Shown here: piece by piece, positions 1 to 10,500 of the stretch
How positions within the stretch are numbered: position 1 is the stretch's first letter
How the letters are laid out: every line of letters begins with the position of its first letter
From: an uncultured archaeon
GTDB taxonomy: Archaea; Thermoplasmatota; Poseidoniia; MGIII; CG-Epi1
Direction: 5' to 3'
NCBI GenBank assembly: GCA_964342795.1
Contig: CAYFGG010000001.1
Span: 1 to 35,114 of the forward strand
DNA length: 35,114 nucleotides
Made by a program: the position numbers and the translations under genes
The notes under the pieces: model-generated
Database searches by the model: none
The model's input: only the letters and a program-made list of their open reading frames with translations
Told to the model about the DNA's origin: nothing

Positions 1-457
1 TAGATACTTTAAACAATTTAGATGTTTTAGCGTAATGATTAGCCATCACCGATAAACGTCCATAGGCCTTTGAACCTGGTTTAGCAATCAAACGATTTGC
101 AAATTCTTCCTGAAACATTAGGATGGCACGATTCCAATTATATTCAAACAAACGGAAGAGTATTGGTGAAGAGATTGAATATGGGAGATTTGCGACTATC
201 ACGTCAATATCTGGAATATCAAATTTTAGAATGTCTGCTTCCACAATCTCTGCTTGGTCACCAAATTTCTGTTTTAAAACAACAGCTAACCACCTATCTT
301 TCTCAACCGCCAAAAGATCTGATTTCGTTACTAATCTCTCGGTCAAAACTCCTCTTCCAGGACCAATTTCCAGAACTCTCTCAGCAGATGCTATTGATGC
401 CTCTGAAACAATTCGATCTGCAATATTTTGATCAATCAGGAAATTTTGACCTAACAT
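1..457 (-). CDS. rsmA: rRNA small-subunit (adenine-N6,N6)-dimethyltransferase KsgA/RsmA/Dim1; 5' part only, continues past the left edge
   Basis: Absent from the supplied ORF track because it is open at the window edge. My minus-strand translation from ATG 457 gives MLGQNFLIDQNIADRIVSEASIASAERVLEIGPGRGVLTERL...VANLPYSISSPILFRL.... The GQNFL, EIGPGxG (SAM-binding) and NLPY motifs are diagnostic of KsgA/Dim1. Confidence 0.85.
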   Translation of the reverse strand, partial: MLGQNFLIDQNIADRIVSEASIASAERVLEIGPGRGVLTERLVTKSDLLAVEKDRWLAVVLKQKFGDQAEIVEADILKFDIPDIDVIVANLPYSISSPILFRLFEYNWNRAILMFQEEFANRLIAKPGSKAYGRLSVMANHYAKTSKLFKVS

Positions 458-476
458 CTTCTGCTTGCGCCGTGAA

Positions 477-552
477 TGGTGGGCCGGGGCGGAATCGAAC
501 CGCCGATCTTCGCCTTGTAAGGGCGACGTCATAACCCCTAGACCACCGGCCC
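477..552 (-). tRNA. tRNA-Val (anticodon UAC) with genomically encoded CCA
   Basis: Reverse complement is GGGCCGGTGGTCTAGGGGTTATGACGTCGCCCTTACAAGGCGAAGATCGGCGGTTCGATTCCGCCCCGGCCCACCA. It has a 7-bp acceptor stem GGGCCGG/CCGGCCC, a T arm GGCGG-TTCGATT-CCGCC, and an anticodon stem TCGCC/GGCGA with loop CTTACAA, so the anticodon is TAC. Confidence 0.9.
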
Positions 553-620
553 TAGTAAGAAAGTATGTCTCGGGGTTTGAGGGCAGTCTAAACACTGGAG
601 TACTAAATGCCATCCCTCAA

Positions 621-628
621 TTATAAAT
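621..628 (+). promoter_or_regulatory. TATA-like box (TTATAAAT) for pckA; implies a leaderless transcript starting near ATG 651
   Basis: The centre of the AT-rich octamer lies ~26 nt upstream of ATG 651, the canonical archaeal TATA-to-TSS spacing. There is no SD-like sequence between them. Confidence 0.4.
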
Positions 629-650
629 ACGGTTTCGCGTGCGACCGCCT

Positions 651-2213
651 ATGTTCAGTGAAATGGAGCAAATGGGTATTATTCCCTCAGCTCTAAATTG
701 CAATCTTACACAAGAAGAGTGGAGAGAACAAGAACTCAAGAGAAAAGAAGGAAGATTATCTGATAATGATACTGTGATTGTGAGCACTGGAATATACACA
801 GGAAGATCACCAAATGACCGGTTCATAGTAAGAAACAAGTCTACTGAAGACCTAATTGACTGGGGAGAAATTAACCAGCCACTAAGCGAGGAATCATTTG
901 ACGAACTTGAAAAACAGGTGAAAAATGAAATGAATAGCAAAGAACTTTTCGTGTTCGATGGATTTGCAGGAGCTGACAAAAGATATCAGCTTCCATTAAG
1001 AGTTGTAACTCTGAAAGCATGGCAAGGACATTTTTCTCACAACATGTTTATCCGTCCAATGCCTGAAGAATTGGATGGGTTTATTCCTGAATTCACCATC
1101 CTAAACGCTTACTCTACAGAAATTAAGAACTGGAAAGAACTGGGGCTTAATTCAAAAGTTTTTATTGTATTAAATCTAGAGAAGAAAATGGCTATAATTG
1201 GAGGAACAGAATATGGTGGTGAAATCAAGAAATCTGTTTTCTCAGCACTAAATTTCTATTTGCCCCTCAAGGGCGTTATGCCTATGCACTGCTCGGCTAA
1301 CATAGGCAAGAATGACGATTCTGCACTATTCTTTGGTCTGAGTGGAACTGGCAAAACCACACTTTCAACTGACCCGGACAGAAGATTAATTGGAGATGAT
1401 GAACATGGATGGTCTGATGAAGGAATATTCAATTTTGAAGGCGGATGTTATGCCAAAACCATCAATCTTGATCCAAACAAAGAGCCTGACATCTATAACG
1501 CAATCAGACCTGGTGCTTTACTAGAAAATGTCATTACTGATGATAATGGAACAGTTGATTATAGCGACGGGTCCATAACTGAAAACACAAGAGTGTCTTA
1601 CCCTCTCAATTATATTGATAACATTGAGCCATCAAAACAGGGTGGACATCCTAAGAACGTGATTTTTCTAACATGTGATGCTTTTGGTGTTCTGCCACCT
1701 GTTTCAAAGCTAACGCCTGAAATGGCAATGTACCATTTCCTTAGTGGCTATACTGCTAAAGTTGCAGGAACTGAAAGGGGAATTACTGAACCTGTGGCAA
1801 CCTTCTCAACATGTTTTGGAGCGCCATTTATGCCTCAATATCCTACTGCTTACGCAGAGTTACTAGGAGAGAAATTGAAGAAACATGGGGCCCAAGCATG
1901 GTTAGTCAACACAGGCTGGAGTGGTGGTTCTTATGGTATTGGAAGCCGAATAGATTTACCTATTACCAGAAGAATGTTATCTGCCATACTAAACAATGAA
2001 TTAGAGGAAGTTGAGTTCAAACCTGATCCAATATTCAGAGTTCTAGTTCCTGAATCTGTGCCTGGTGTTGAGAATAATATACTAAATCCAAGAAATACGT
2101 GGGATAACAAAGATGCTTACGATTCCAAAGCCAAGGAACTAGTTGAACTTTTCAAGAATAATTTTGTTAAGTACGAGAGCTTTGGAAATTATAGTAACGC
2201 TGGACCTGTCTAA
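651..2213 (+). CDS. pckA: phosphoenolpyruvate carboxykinase (ATP)
   Basis: Carries the PEPCK(ATP) signature [24 protein letters not shown], the P-loop [11 protein letters not shown] and GRSPNDRF. The ORF track begins at GTG 639. I prefer ATG 651 because of the TATA spacing. Confidence 0.95.
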   Translation: MFSEMEQMGIIPSALNCNLTQEEWREQELKRKEGRLSDNDTVIVSTGIYTGRSPNDRFIVRNKSTEDLIDWGEINQPLSEESFDELEKQVKNEMNSKELFVFDGFAGADKRYQLPLRVVTLKAWQGHFSHNMFIRPMPEELDGFIPEFTILNAYSTEIKNWKELGLNSKVFIVLNLEKKMAIIGGTEYGGEIKKSVFSALNFYLPLKGVMPMHCSANIGKNDDSALFFGLSGTGKTTLSTDPDRRLIGDDEHGWSDEGIFNFEGGCYAKTINLDPNKEPDIYNAIRPGALLENVITDDNGTVDYSDGSITENTRVSYPLNYIDNIEPSKQGGHPKNVIFLTCDAFGVLPPVSKLTPEMAMYHFLSGYTAKVAGTERGITEPVATFSTCFGAPFMPQYPTAYAELLGEKLKKHGAQAWLVNTGWSGGSYGIGSRIDLPITRRMLSAILNNELEEVEFKPDPIFRVLVPESVPGVENNILNPRNTWDNKDAYDSKAKELVELFKNNFVKYESFGNYSNAGPV

Positions 2214-3196
2214 AGAAAGTCAGACACCATTTCTCTTTCAGAAACAAGCTCAGCATTTGTCTTGGCTATTGATTCTTTAGCGAATTCATTATGCTTAAAG
2301 TCTACGACTACTTCATACTCTCCAGGTGAAATTGTACGGACTGGCATACCTGCCCAAATTCCCTCGTCAAAACCATACTCTCCTTTACTACAAACGACTA
2401 TTGAATGAATGTCATCACTAACTGTATTCAAGCTACGAACATGGTTTATTAGGGCATTAGCGGCTGAAGCTGCACTTGAAAGGCCCCGTGCCTTGATAAT
2501 TGCAGCACCTCTTTTTCCTACAGATGGGATGAATTCATCTCTCAGCCAGTCATGGTCTGATATAACGTCAGTTGCTGATTGACCAGAAATAAGTGCGTTT
2601 GAAAAATCGGGAAACATAGTAGGGCTGTGGTTACCAAAAATGGCCATCCTAGATACTTCAGTGACATCGACACCTGCTCTTTCAGCAAGCATCGCAACAG
2701 CGCGATTTTGGTCTAGACGAGTCATGGCTGTGAAACGCTCCGGACCAAATCTATCTGATTGAGAAGCTGCAATCATGCAGTTTGTGTTACATGGATTACC
2801 AACAACAACTATTCTGCAATCATCTGCCGCATTGGAAGAAATAGACTTACCCTGTCCAACAAATATTCTCCCATTATCCTTTAACAGATCTGATCTTTCC
2901 ATACCTGGGCCTCTAGGCTTACTGCCAACTAAAAGACAAAAACTTGAGCCGCTGAATGCTTCGTCAGGATCTGAAGTTACAATAACATTATCCAACAATG
3001 GAAAGGCACAATCTTGTAATTCCATGGCGACTCCTTTCAGAGCATCGAGTGCTGGAGGAATCTCTAGTAGTTGTAACGAGACTTTGGTATTAGGTCCAAA
3101 CATCTCACCTGCTGCAATTCTGGGGAGCAAACTGTAACATATCTGGCCAGCTGCCCCTGTCACTGTGACGCGTACTGATGACATCACATTACTCAT
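2210..3196 (-). CDS. mdh: malate dehydrogenase (LDH/MDH superfamily, cytosolic-type)
   Basis: 328 aa with an N-terminal Rossmann motif VTGAAGQI and the catalytic-His region IFGNHSPT. Length and layout fit MDH. Its stop overlaps the pckA stop by 4 nt (convergent genes). Confidence 0.9.
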   Translation of the reverse strand: MSNVMSSVRVTVTGAAGQICYSLLPRIAAGEMFGPNTKVSLQLLEIPPALDALKGVAMELQDCAFPLLDNVIVTSDPDEAFSGSSFCLLVGSKPRGPGMERSDLLKDNGRIFVGQGKSISSNAADDCRIVVVGNPCNTNCMIAASQSDRFGPERFTAMTRLDQNRAVAMLAERAGVDVTEVSRMAIFGNHSPTMFPDFSNALISGQSATDVISDHDWLRDEFIPSVGKRGAAIIKARGLSSAASAANALINHVRSLNTVSDDIHSIVVCSKGEYGFDEGIWAGMPVRTISPGEYEVVVDFKHNEFAKESIAKTNAELVSEREMVSDFL

Positions 3197-3276
3197 GGCG
3201 GTGTGAAGATAAAATTAACACTACATTTACCCTAATCTCCCATAATCCTTTTAGAGTGTATGACTAATAAGGAGAT

Positions 3277-3444
3277 ATGAACATGCCAGTTACTGATGTT
3301 AAGAAGTATGATATCAACAGAAGAATATATCTCCCAAAATGGGTTGAAGAAGATTTAGGAATTAACCCAGGTGAATCTTATGTTACTTTTGTTAGAAAAG
3401 GCGATGATATCGTAATAAAAAGAGTCAGTATCAGTATAGCTTAG
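3277..3444 (+). CDS. small AbrB/SpoVT/MazE-type DNA-binding domain protein (55 aa); not in the ORF track
   Basis: My translation is MNMPVTDVKKYDINRRIYLPKWVEEDLGINPGESYVTFVRKGDDIVIKRVSISIA. The pattern (R-I-x-L-P-K...L-G-I-x-x-G-E...V...D-x-I-V-I-K) matches the swapped-hairpin SpoVT-AbrB fold. GGAG lies 2-5 nt upstream of ATG 3277, and ATG 3283 is an alternative start. Confidence 0.55.
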   Translation: MNMPVTDVKKYDINRRIYLPKWVEEDLGINPGESYVTFVRKGDDIVIKRVSISIA

Positions 3445-4901
3445 ATAGTCTCCTTGAGCCACTGGAGATCGCTCTGATACAGCATTCTGATATCAGTGAT
3501 ACCTAGGCGTAACATTGCCAACCTTTCTAGGCCTAAACCCCATGCTAATACTGGACAGTCTATACCAAAAGGTGCCGTAACTTCAGGACGAAATATACCA
3601 GAACCACCAAGTTCAAGCCAACTATCTCCAAATTTTACTTCCACTTCCATTGAAGGTTCTGTATATGGGAAATAAGCTGGACGGACACGGACATCTGGGA
3701 ACCCCATTCTACGATAAAATTCCTTCAGAACGCCTATGAGCATTCCAAAATTAGCTTCTGGTTCAACAATTATGCCCTCTACTTGTGTGAATTCTGGCAA
3801 ATGGGTGGAATCTAATGCTTCTCTACGAAAAACACGACCAACACTGAAAACACGAATTGGGGGTTCTGAGTGCTCAGAAAGATAACGAATCGTACCAACT
3901 GTTGTATGAGTTCTCAGAAGAGCTTGCTGAGCCGTCTCAATACTCCAATCACTGCCCCATCCTGTTGATTCAGTTTCCCCTCCATCCTCATGAATCGCTT
4001 TCACTTTTTCCATAGTATCCTGTTCGTTTATGACAAATGATGCAGGTTCTGAAAGGTAAAATGTATCTTGAAGTTCTCTAGCAGGGTGATCCTGTGGGAT
4101 GAAAAGCGCATCCATATTCCAGAATGCGGATTCAACATAATCTCCTTCTATTTCTGTGAACCCCATTTGAAGAAATATTGACCTTATTTCCTCTGTGAAA
4201 CGTGTTAATGGATGAGTAGTGGCATGGTCTGAAGGTTCAACATTTGTATCTAGCCTATATTTCTGAAAACTCTTATCTTTCCATGAACCAGACTGAATCA
4301 TTTCTGGAGTTAACTCGCCGATTACGTCCTCATCTAAGTTTTTCAGGTCGAATGCCTTTCCTTCCTTAGTCAAAGTGAATTTTCTGGTAACTTCCTCTTT
4401 AGTATCAAGCAATTGCCTTCCTTTGAGTAAACTCAAAGCTTCTTTATCAATCTCATCTTCTGGTATCGGAGCGCGCTTCAACAAAACCAGTAATGGTTCA
4501 TCAGGAGTCTCACCTAGATTACCTGTTGGGATTAACTTGAGGCCATCGTCAGTCTTCTCTAACTCTGCAAATTTCTTGCGTTTCAACCATCCAATAACAA
4601 TCTTCTTCTCATTATCATCAAGTGGTACATCATCAAGAGGGGCCTCACCGAATTGATTCAACCATTCTGCAGCTCTTCTTTCAGGAAGGCCTTCTTCAGC
4701 GTATTTCTCACCTTCCTCATTAACTGTGAAAAGAACCTTAGACTCCTCAGATATTTCAACTAAACCTTTGCTTCGCAACCACGATGCTGCAGACATTGTT
4801 TCCTTTTCTCCAAGGTCTGAAGCCATTGAAGCTTCCAACGGCGTGAGTGTGCCTTTTTGCAGCACTTCCAGAATTTTTGTCTCATTGGGTGATAGGTCCA
4901 C
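3441..4901 (-). CDS. pheS: phenylalanine--tRNA ligase alpha subunit, archaeal/eukaryotic type
   Basis: 486 aa with class II motifs FRREALDSTHLPEFTQVEG (motif 2) and GLGLERLAMLRLG (motif 3). The long N-terminal helical/winged-helix extension is typical of archaeal PheS. Confidence 0.93.
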   Translation of the reverse strand: MDLSPNETKILEVLQKGTLTPLEASMASDLGEKETMSAASWLRSKGLVEISEESKVLFTVNEEGEKYAEEGLPERRAAEWLNQFGEAPLDDVPLDDNEKKIVIGWLKRKKFAELEKTDDGLKLIPTGNLGETPDEPLLVLLKRAPIPEDEIDKEALSLLKGRQLLDTKEEVTRKFTLTKEGKAFDLKNLDEDVIGELTPEMIQSGSWKDKSFQKYRLDTNVEPSDHATTHPLTRFTEEIRSIFLQMGFTEIEGDYVESAFWNMDALFIPQDHPARELQDTFYLSEPASFVINEQDTMEKVKAIHEDGGETESTGWGSDWSIETAQQALLRTHTTVGTIRYLSEHSEPPIRVFSVGRVFRREALDSTHLPEFTQVEGIIVEPEANFGMLIGVLKEFYRRMGFPDVRVRPAYFPYTEPSMEVEVKFGDSWLELGGSGIFRPEVTAPFGIDCPVLAWGLGLERLAMLRLGITDIRMLYQSDLQWLKETI

Positions 4902-4926
4902 GTTTCCCTCTAAACTAAGGAGTTTA

Positions 4927-5691
4927 TTAATCTGCTCGGAAGCCGAAAGATTCTAACTCCTTTAGCACCTCATTGAAAACCTCATCGGGTTCTTTTTCAT
5001 TAGTGTTCTGTATAATATCATAACCTTCTAGATTGCCATAATCAAATCCATACAATCCAGAATATCTGTGCCTATCATCCTCATCTCTATTTTGATTCTC
5101 CATGAATTGATCAATGACTAAAGAACTACCATCCAACTGCAGATTCTCTATTTCTGATCTAAGTGATTCTAGATTTTCATAATCATTCCTAGGTATCTCA
5201 GCTTTACCAACCTGATATGCAGCTTCTCCAAACTCTCTACGAAGAAAACGTAACGCCTGCTCTCTAATGGAACATTGAAAATATAAACGTACTATGTTTT
5301 TCTTACCTAGACTTGCCATAAAACTTCCCATGTAGGCTGGCTGTCTGCCCTCAATAACTGCTAATTTTGACTGAATTGTATTTCCTGCTATCATTTGACA
5401 TGTCTTATAGTCAATTTCCACATCTATACCTCTTTCAGTAAGTAGTAAACGGGCTTGCTCGGCAACAGTTATTCCCCGATTTGCTGCAGCTTCTCTGAAA
5501 AGCATACCTACCGAACGAAAATCACCACCAAAGTGCTCAGCCAAATTCTGTGCCTGCGTAGATTTTCCAGTCAATTGATCTCCCGCAATCAGAATCATTG
5601 GTTTTTCATTGATTGCATCTCTCAATTCATCGATTGAAGACTCACCAATATATTTCGTAAACGCTGTTCCAATACCTGAAATATAATCCAC
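4927..5691 (-). CDS. P-loop NTPase/kinase, cytidylate-kinase-like family, with an acidic C-terminal extension
   Basis: 254 aa with Walker A GDQLTGKST. The N-terminal ~160 aa resemble (d)CMP-kinase-like/AAA small kinases. The C-terminal ~90 aa show no recognisable motif. Confidence 0.5.
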   Translation of the reverse strand: MDYISGIGTAFTKYIGESSIDELRDAINEKPMILIAGDQLTGKSTQAQNLAEHFGGDFRSVGMLFREAAANRGITVAEQARLLLTERGIDVEIDYKTCQMIAGNTIQSKLAVIEGRQPAYMGSFMASLGKKNIVRLYFQCSIREQALRFLRREFGEAAYQVGKAEIPRNDYENLESLRSEIENLQLDGSSLVIDQFMENQNRDEDDRHRYSGLYGFDYGNLEGYDIIQNTNEKEPDEVFNEVLKELESFGFRAD

Positions 5692-5731
5692 TGTGATAAG
5701 GGCAGAGTAGTACTATTTACATGTTTGGGGT

Positions 5732-6769
5732 TTAACAGGTGAAGGATGAATCATGATGTCCTGTCAAGGGATCTCCAAAATCAATCACTCTTCCATCCCA
5801 ATCTTCCTCAGCTACCAACGCTATCAAACTATTAGGAGCTTCGTCAATAACTTTCCATCCCAACTCATCTGCTAAATTTTTGGAAAACTCAATTATTTCT
5901 TCATAGGAAAGCATGTTTTCTTGGCTCAGGCGTTTGCGAGCGGGGCCAAGATGCATGTAAGATTTGACCTCTACCATTACCCTTTCACCTGCCAAGCGAA
6001 TCAAATCTGCATAGCCTGGAATGTCAAAATCGTTCCATCCTTTAACTACAGTCATACGCAAGACCTTCCTAGTCTTAAGACCATCCATAAGCTTCAATGT
6101 TCCTTTGATTTTATCCCAAAAATTTGGTACCAAGGGTATATCTATCTTCTTCCAAGTTGCTTCATCTGGTGCATCCAAGGACATGTAAAGTTGTGTTGGT
6201 AGTGAATCCTCGTCACGAAGCCGTTCAACCATTTCCGGGTGCAGACCATTTGTAACTAAAAACGATGAGATTTTACGCTCTCTAAGTTCTCGCATCATTT
6301 CGGGTAATCTCTTGTACAAAGTTGGCTCTCCGGTCAAAGAGATTGCAAAATGTCTTACCGTTTTAGATTCCTCATATTTTTTTGGATCAATCTTTGGATT
6401 GCCTCCAAAACCTGTTAATTTCTTAAGATGAGCTTCAATAGAATCTTGTACTATATCTGCTGGCTCATCATTGGCATATTCCATTAAGTCTTGCTGGCCT
6501 GAAAACATTTCATTGGCTCTCCAACAATAAACACATTTTTGATCACAAGCAACAGCAGCGGGAGTCATTTGTGTGCATTGATGCGAACGAATACCGTAGA
6601 ATTTCTGCTTGTAACATCCATGCTCATCTCCCTTGAGACTTTTCTTGGTCCATCCACATATCTCAACTGCAGAGTGGTTACCTACTATTTCGTAGGATGC
6701 CTTCTCAAGAGCTTTCTTATATTCATCTGTAAAAAGTAGATTGCCCTCTTCAATATTGGATTCCATCAT
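5732..6769 (-). CDS. taw1: tRNA 4-demethylwyosine synthase (radical SAM, TYW1/Taw1)
   Basis: 345 aa with the radical-SAM cluster CDQKCVYCW plus a second upstream Cys cluster CYKQKFYGIRSHQC, as in TYW1/Taw1. The family is specific to archaea and eukaryotes. Confidence 0.9.
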   Translation of the reverse strand: MMESNIEEGNLLFTDEYKKALEKASYEIVGNHSAVEICGWTKKSLKGDEHGCYKQKFYGIRSHQCTQMTPAAVACDQKCVYCWRANEMFSGQQDLMEYANDEPADIVQDSIEAHLKKLTGFGGNPKIDPKKYEESKTVRHFAISLTGEPTLYKRLPEMMRELRERKISSFLVTNGLHPEMVERLRDEDSLPTQLYMSLDAPDEATWKKIDIPLVPNFWDKIKGTLKLMDGLKTRKVLRMTVVKGWNDFDIPGYADLIRLAGERVMVEVKSYMHLGPARKRLSQENMLSYEEIIEFSKNLADELGWKVIDEAPNSLIALVAEEDWDGRVIDFGDPLTGHHDSSFTC

Positions 6770-7491
6770 ATGATTGTTTCTCTAACATTCTGGATATCCC
6801 AGACGTATACCTTCAGTGAAATACTATAAGAAATAGAATTGTCATTAGTTATTGTGCTACCACTATTGTACGTGAAAGTTCCACCAGCCCATTCACCTTC
6901 TGTTTCATAACTCCCCACGAAAGCTTCTACACTGTCTGCAGTACCAGAAACGGTCTCAGGGAGCATTTGTATGGGAATTTGAACCGTCATTGTGCCATCG
7001 AACCCTGATTGATCTTGTGTTTCACCAGTAGTATCATTCTGTGTGGAGACTTGGAATGTAACCTGACGAGCACCAACTGAACCTGCTCCATTAGCTTCCC
7101 AGTTAACGACAACCTCAATGTGTGACAGTCTGAAGTTAGAGGTATAATCCCATTCTGTATCTTCTATAATATATCCAAAATCGACTGAGCTACCTGGATT
7201 CATAGTACCTGATAAAGTAGGTCCAGCTTCCTCTATTATCTCAACATCTCCAACAAACGCATTAGAACCTCCCAAATCAGCAACCATAATCGAGCTTGCT
7301 GCGGACGAAAACGTGTACATCAGCATCAATACTATTATCACAAAACCGCAAAGGCCAGAAACCAAACGACCAGTTATAGCGAAACCCAGCCCATCAAAAC
7401 GATAGATTTCTTTATTATTGTAACTCTCAAAAGTAGACATCCCATCAGATATTTTTCCAGTTATGGACGCTGAGTTCTTTTCACTAACCAT
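6766..7491 (-). CDS. hypothetical membrane-anchored protein (one N-proximal TM, Thr/Gly/Ser-rich beta-type ectodomain)
   Basis: 241 aa with the hydrophobic segment LVSGLCGFVIIVLMLMYTF. No catalytic motif is recognised. Its stop overlaps the taw1 start as ATGA, suggesting translational coupling. Confidence 0.6.
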   Translation of the reverse strand: MVSEKNSASITGKISDGMSTFESYNNKEIYRFDGLGFAITGRLVSGLCGFVIIVLMLMYTFSSAASSIMVADLGGSNAFVGDVEIIEEAGPTLSGTMNPGSSVDFGYIIEDTEWDYTSNFRLSHIEVVVNWEANGAGSVGARQVTFQVSTQNDTTGETQDQSGFDGTMTVQIPIQMLPETVSGTADSVEAFVGSYETEGEWAGGTFTYNSGSTITNDNSISYSISLKVYVWDIQNVRETII

Positions 7492-7537
7492 TATTTGTGC
7501 ATCTAAGTTGGGCTTATTTAGTTTTCAGTTGCCTACT

Positions 7538-10500
7538 CTAAGAACAGCCTGTAGTCGAACCACAACTTACGCACTTCAAACAACTCCCATTGGAAACCAA
7601 AGTAAATTGCCCACATTCTGGACATGGATCGCCTTCAAACCCAAATTTCCCTGCCTCTTTTACGGCAGTCTCATCTCCTGAAATTGTAGGAACTGCGGCT
7701 ACAGACAACTCACTTATGCTTGTTTGGGCAGTATCTATATCTGCTTTGACAGAATCCATATCATCTAAAGTAAGTTGTATCTCATGGCCATCACTTGCAT
7801 TACCGGCTGGGCTAAGTCCTGAGTTAAGGTTCTGCTCGGTTTCAGTTTCTCCCTCACTTCTTACTATATCGGGTTGTAAATCTTCTGGCATGACGTGGGC
7901 TAAGTCATCCCTCTTCAGATAGTTAACTGCAAGATCACGGAATATATAGTCAATAATACTAGTAGACATTTTGATTCTGTCGTTACCGATAACCGGGCCG
8001 TTTGGTTCAAATCTATTGAAAATAAATGCATCTACAAATTCCGTTAACGGTACGCCATGCTGTAATCCTAAACTAACTGCAATCGCAAAAGCGTTTGTTA
8101 ATGCCTTGAAAGCCGCACCCTCTTTGTGCATGTCGATAAATATTTCGCCAAGAGTTCCATCCTGATACTCGCCAGTATGAAGGTAAACATTGTGACCCCC
8201 AATCTTTGCCTTCTGAATATAGCCACCACGCTTGTTAGGCAAACGACGCCTTTGGGCGATATATCTGGTAACAACTTTCTGGGCCAAAGGTTTAGCATCT
8301 GGGGTTGGAAGTGCATCGGCCATTGCCTCAACTGCTTGCTCAGCACTGACAATTCCCTCAGCCAACAATTCGTCCTCCTGAATATCTACTTTGAGAACTG
8401 TTCCTGACATCAGAGGTTGACTTAGTTTGGAACCATCTCGATAAAGTGCATTTGCTTTTATCATAGCTCTCCAAGAATCCATATAGGCTTGCTTGATATC
8501 GTCAATAGTTGACTCATGAGGCATATTGATAGTCTTTGAAATTGCACCAGATATAAATGGCTGAGCTGCAGCCATCATGTTGATATGGGCATTCCAAGAT
8601 ATAGAACGGGTACCGTATTGACCACACTTGTTTGCGCAGTCAAACACTGCCAAATCTTTCTCCTTGATGTGGGGTGCACCCTCTATAGTTAGTCTGCCAA
8701 AGATGTAATCATTAGCCTGAGTTAGTTGCTCACTTGTATAACCAAGATGACTCAAAAGATCAAATTCCCAATCATCAAGGTCTGAATCTTCGACACGCAA
8801 ATTTGATTTGCAAAAGTCGGGGCCTACTGATGAAGGGGTCACAAGTAAATTGAGCGAGGTGAAAGAATCAATCTGGGATTCTAGGGAATCTATAATGTCT
8901 GGCGTCAGACCTTTCTTTTGCAAGGACTCGCGATTAACCTCTGGGGAACCATCAAACGTGCCCGAACCAATAACATATTTCACAATCTGATCCGTCTGTG
9001 TATCATCGTATCCCAATCTCTTAAGAGCTGGTGGGACTGATTGATTAATTATTCTCAGCATCCCTCCTCCTGCTAGGGTCTTGAATTTAACCAGTGCAAA
9101 ATCAGGTTCAATACCTGTTGTGTCACAGTCCATAACGATTCCTATGGTTCCAGTTGGTGCAATGACTGTTGATTGGGCATTACGGAAACCAACATTTTCA
9201 CCCATTTCCACTGCTTGGTCCCAGCAATCCTTTGCTGCGGTCAGTAAATATTCAGGACAATAATTAGAATCTATTCCTCTGGGTTTAACGGTTAGGCCCT
9301 CGTATTCATCATCTGCAGAATTGTAAGCTGCTCTCCTGTGATTACGCATGACGCGAAGCATATTCTCCTTGTTATGCTCATACCTTGGGAAAGGGCCCTT
9401 GACTGCAGCCATTTCGGCACTAGTCTTGTAAGAAACACCACCCAATACTGAAGTAAGAGCTCCACAAATGGCTGATGCTCGATTGTCATCGTATGGAATA
9501 CCCATACGCATCAGTAATGAACCGATATTGGCATATCCTAATCCTAGAGTTCTGTAATCATAACTTCTTCTTGCAATTTCCTCGGATGGGAATTGGGCCA
9601 TAAGCACAGAAATCTCAAGTGCAATCGTCCAGAGACGAATAGCATGACTATACTCTTCTGTCTGAAATTGACTAGTATCCTGATCATAGAATTTCACAAG
9701 ATTAAGGCTTGCAAGATTACATGCAGTGTCATCTAAAAACATATATTCAGAGCATGGATTACTGCCGTTAATCTTACCATCTGGTGAACAAGTATGCCAT
9801 TCATTGATAGTAGTGTCATATTGTAATCCTGGATCTGCACACGACCAAGCTGCTCGAGCTATACTGTCCCAAAGCTCGTTTGATGGAATAGTCTTACATG
9901 GACTTGGGGGTCTGCCCTCTTTCTCAGCATCCTCAAGCTCTGTTCTCCAATAGAGATTCCAATCCTTATCTCCAATAACTGCTTCCATGAAATCATTGCT
10001 AACTCTCACAGAGTTGTTACTATTCTGGCCTGAAACTGTTGCATAAGCATCACCTTCCCAAGAAGTATCATACGTGTCCATCTCAATATGAGTGAAACCT
10101 TGTTCGCCGAGTTCTAATACACGAGCAATCAGATTTTCTGGAATGTATGCCTTCATAGCCATACTGATAGATTTTGCTAAGGGCTTATTGACTGACTGAT
10201 TAAAACGAGTCTCTTCTTCGGGGTGTGCCTGAATTGCTGCGAGTATCTCATTACCATGATTTTGGAGATGTTGTGAACCAGCTACCAATGCTGCAACTTT
10301 CTCTTCTTCAGTTAATTTCCAATTAATAAAATTTTCAATATCTGGGTGATCCATATCCAAAGAAACCATTTTGGCAGCACGTCTCGTAGTTCCACCAGAT
10401 TTTATTGCGCCTGCTGCACGATCGCCTATCCGCAGGAATGACATCAATCCTGATGACATACCTCCGCCAGAGAGTGGCTCTCCCTCACCTCTAATACTAG

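Noticed and set aside
97-534. Plus-strand ORFs 97-534 (145 aa) and 123-431 (102 aa) from the ORF track
   Set aside because: They are antisense to a clearly recognisable KsgA/RsmA coding frame (1-457, minus). The longer one also runs through the tRNA-Val gene. They have no motifs and a low-complexity composition.
477-552. tRNA-Val as an integration hotspot or genomic island border
   Set aside because: There is no integrase, no repeat of the tRNA 3' end elsewhere in the window, and the flanking genes (ksgA, pckA) are housekeeping.
3277-3444. Toxin-antitoxin module around the AbrB-like ORF
   Set aside because: No adjacent or overlapping toxin-like ORF (PIN, MazF, etc.) exists. The neighbours are mdh and pheS.
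8098-8407. Antisense and alternative-frame ORFs inside nrdJ (8098-8352 minus, 8126-8407 plus, and others listed in the track)
   Set aside because: They lie within a strongly supported 1229-aa CDS and have no motifs, so they are frame shadows.
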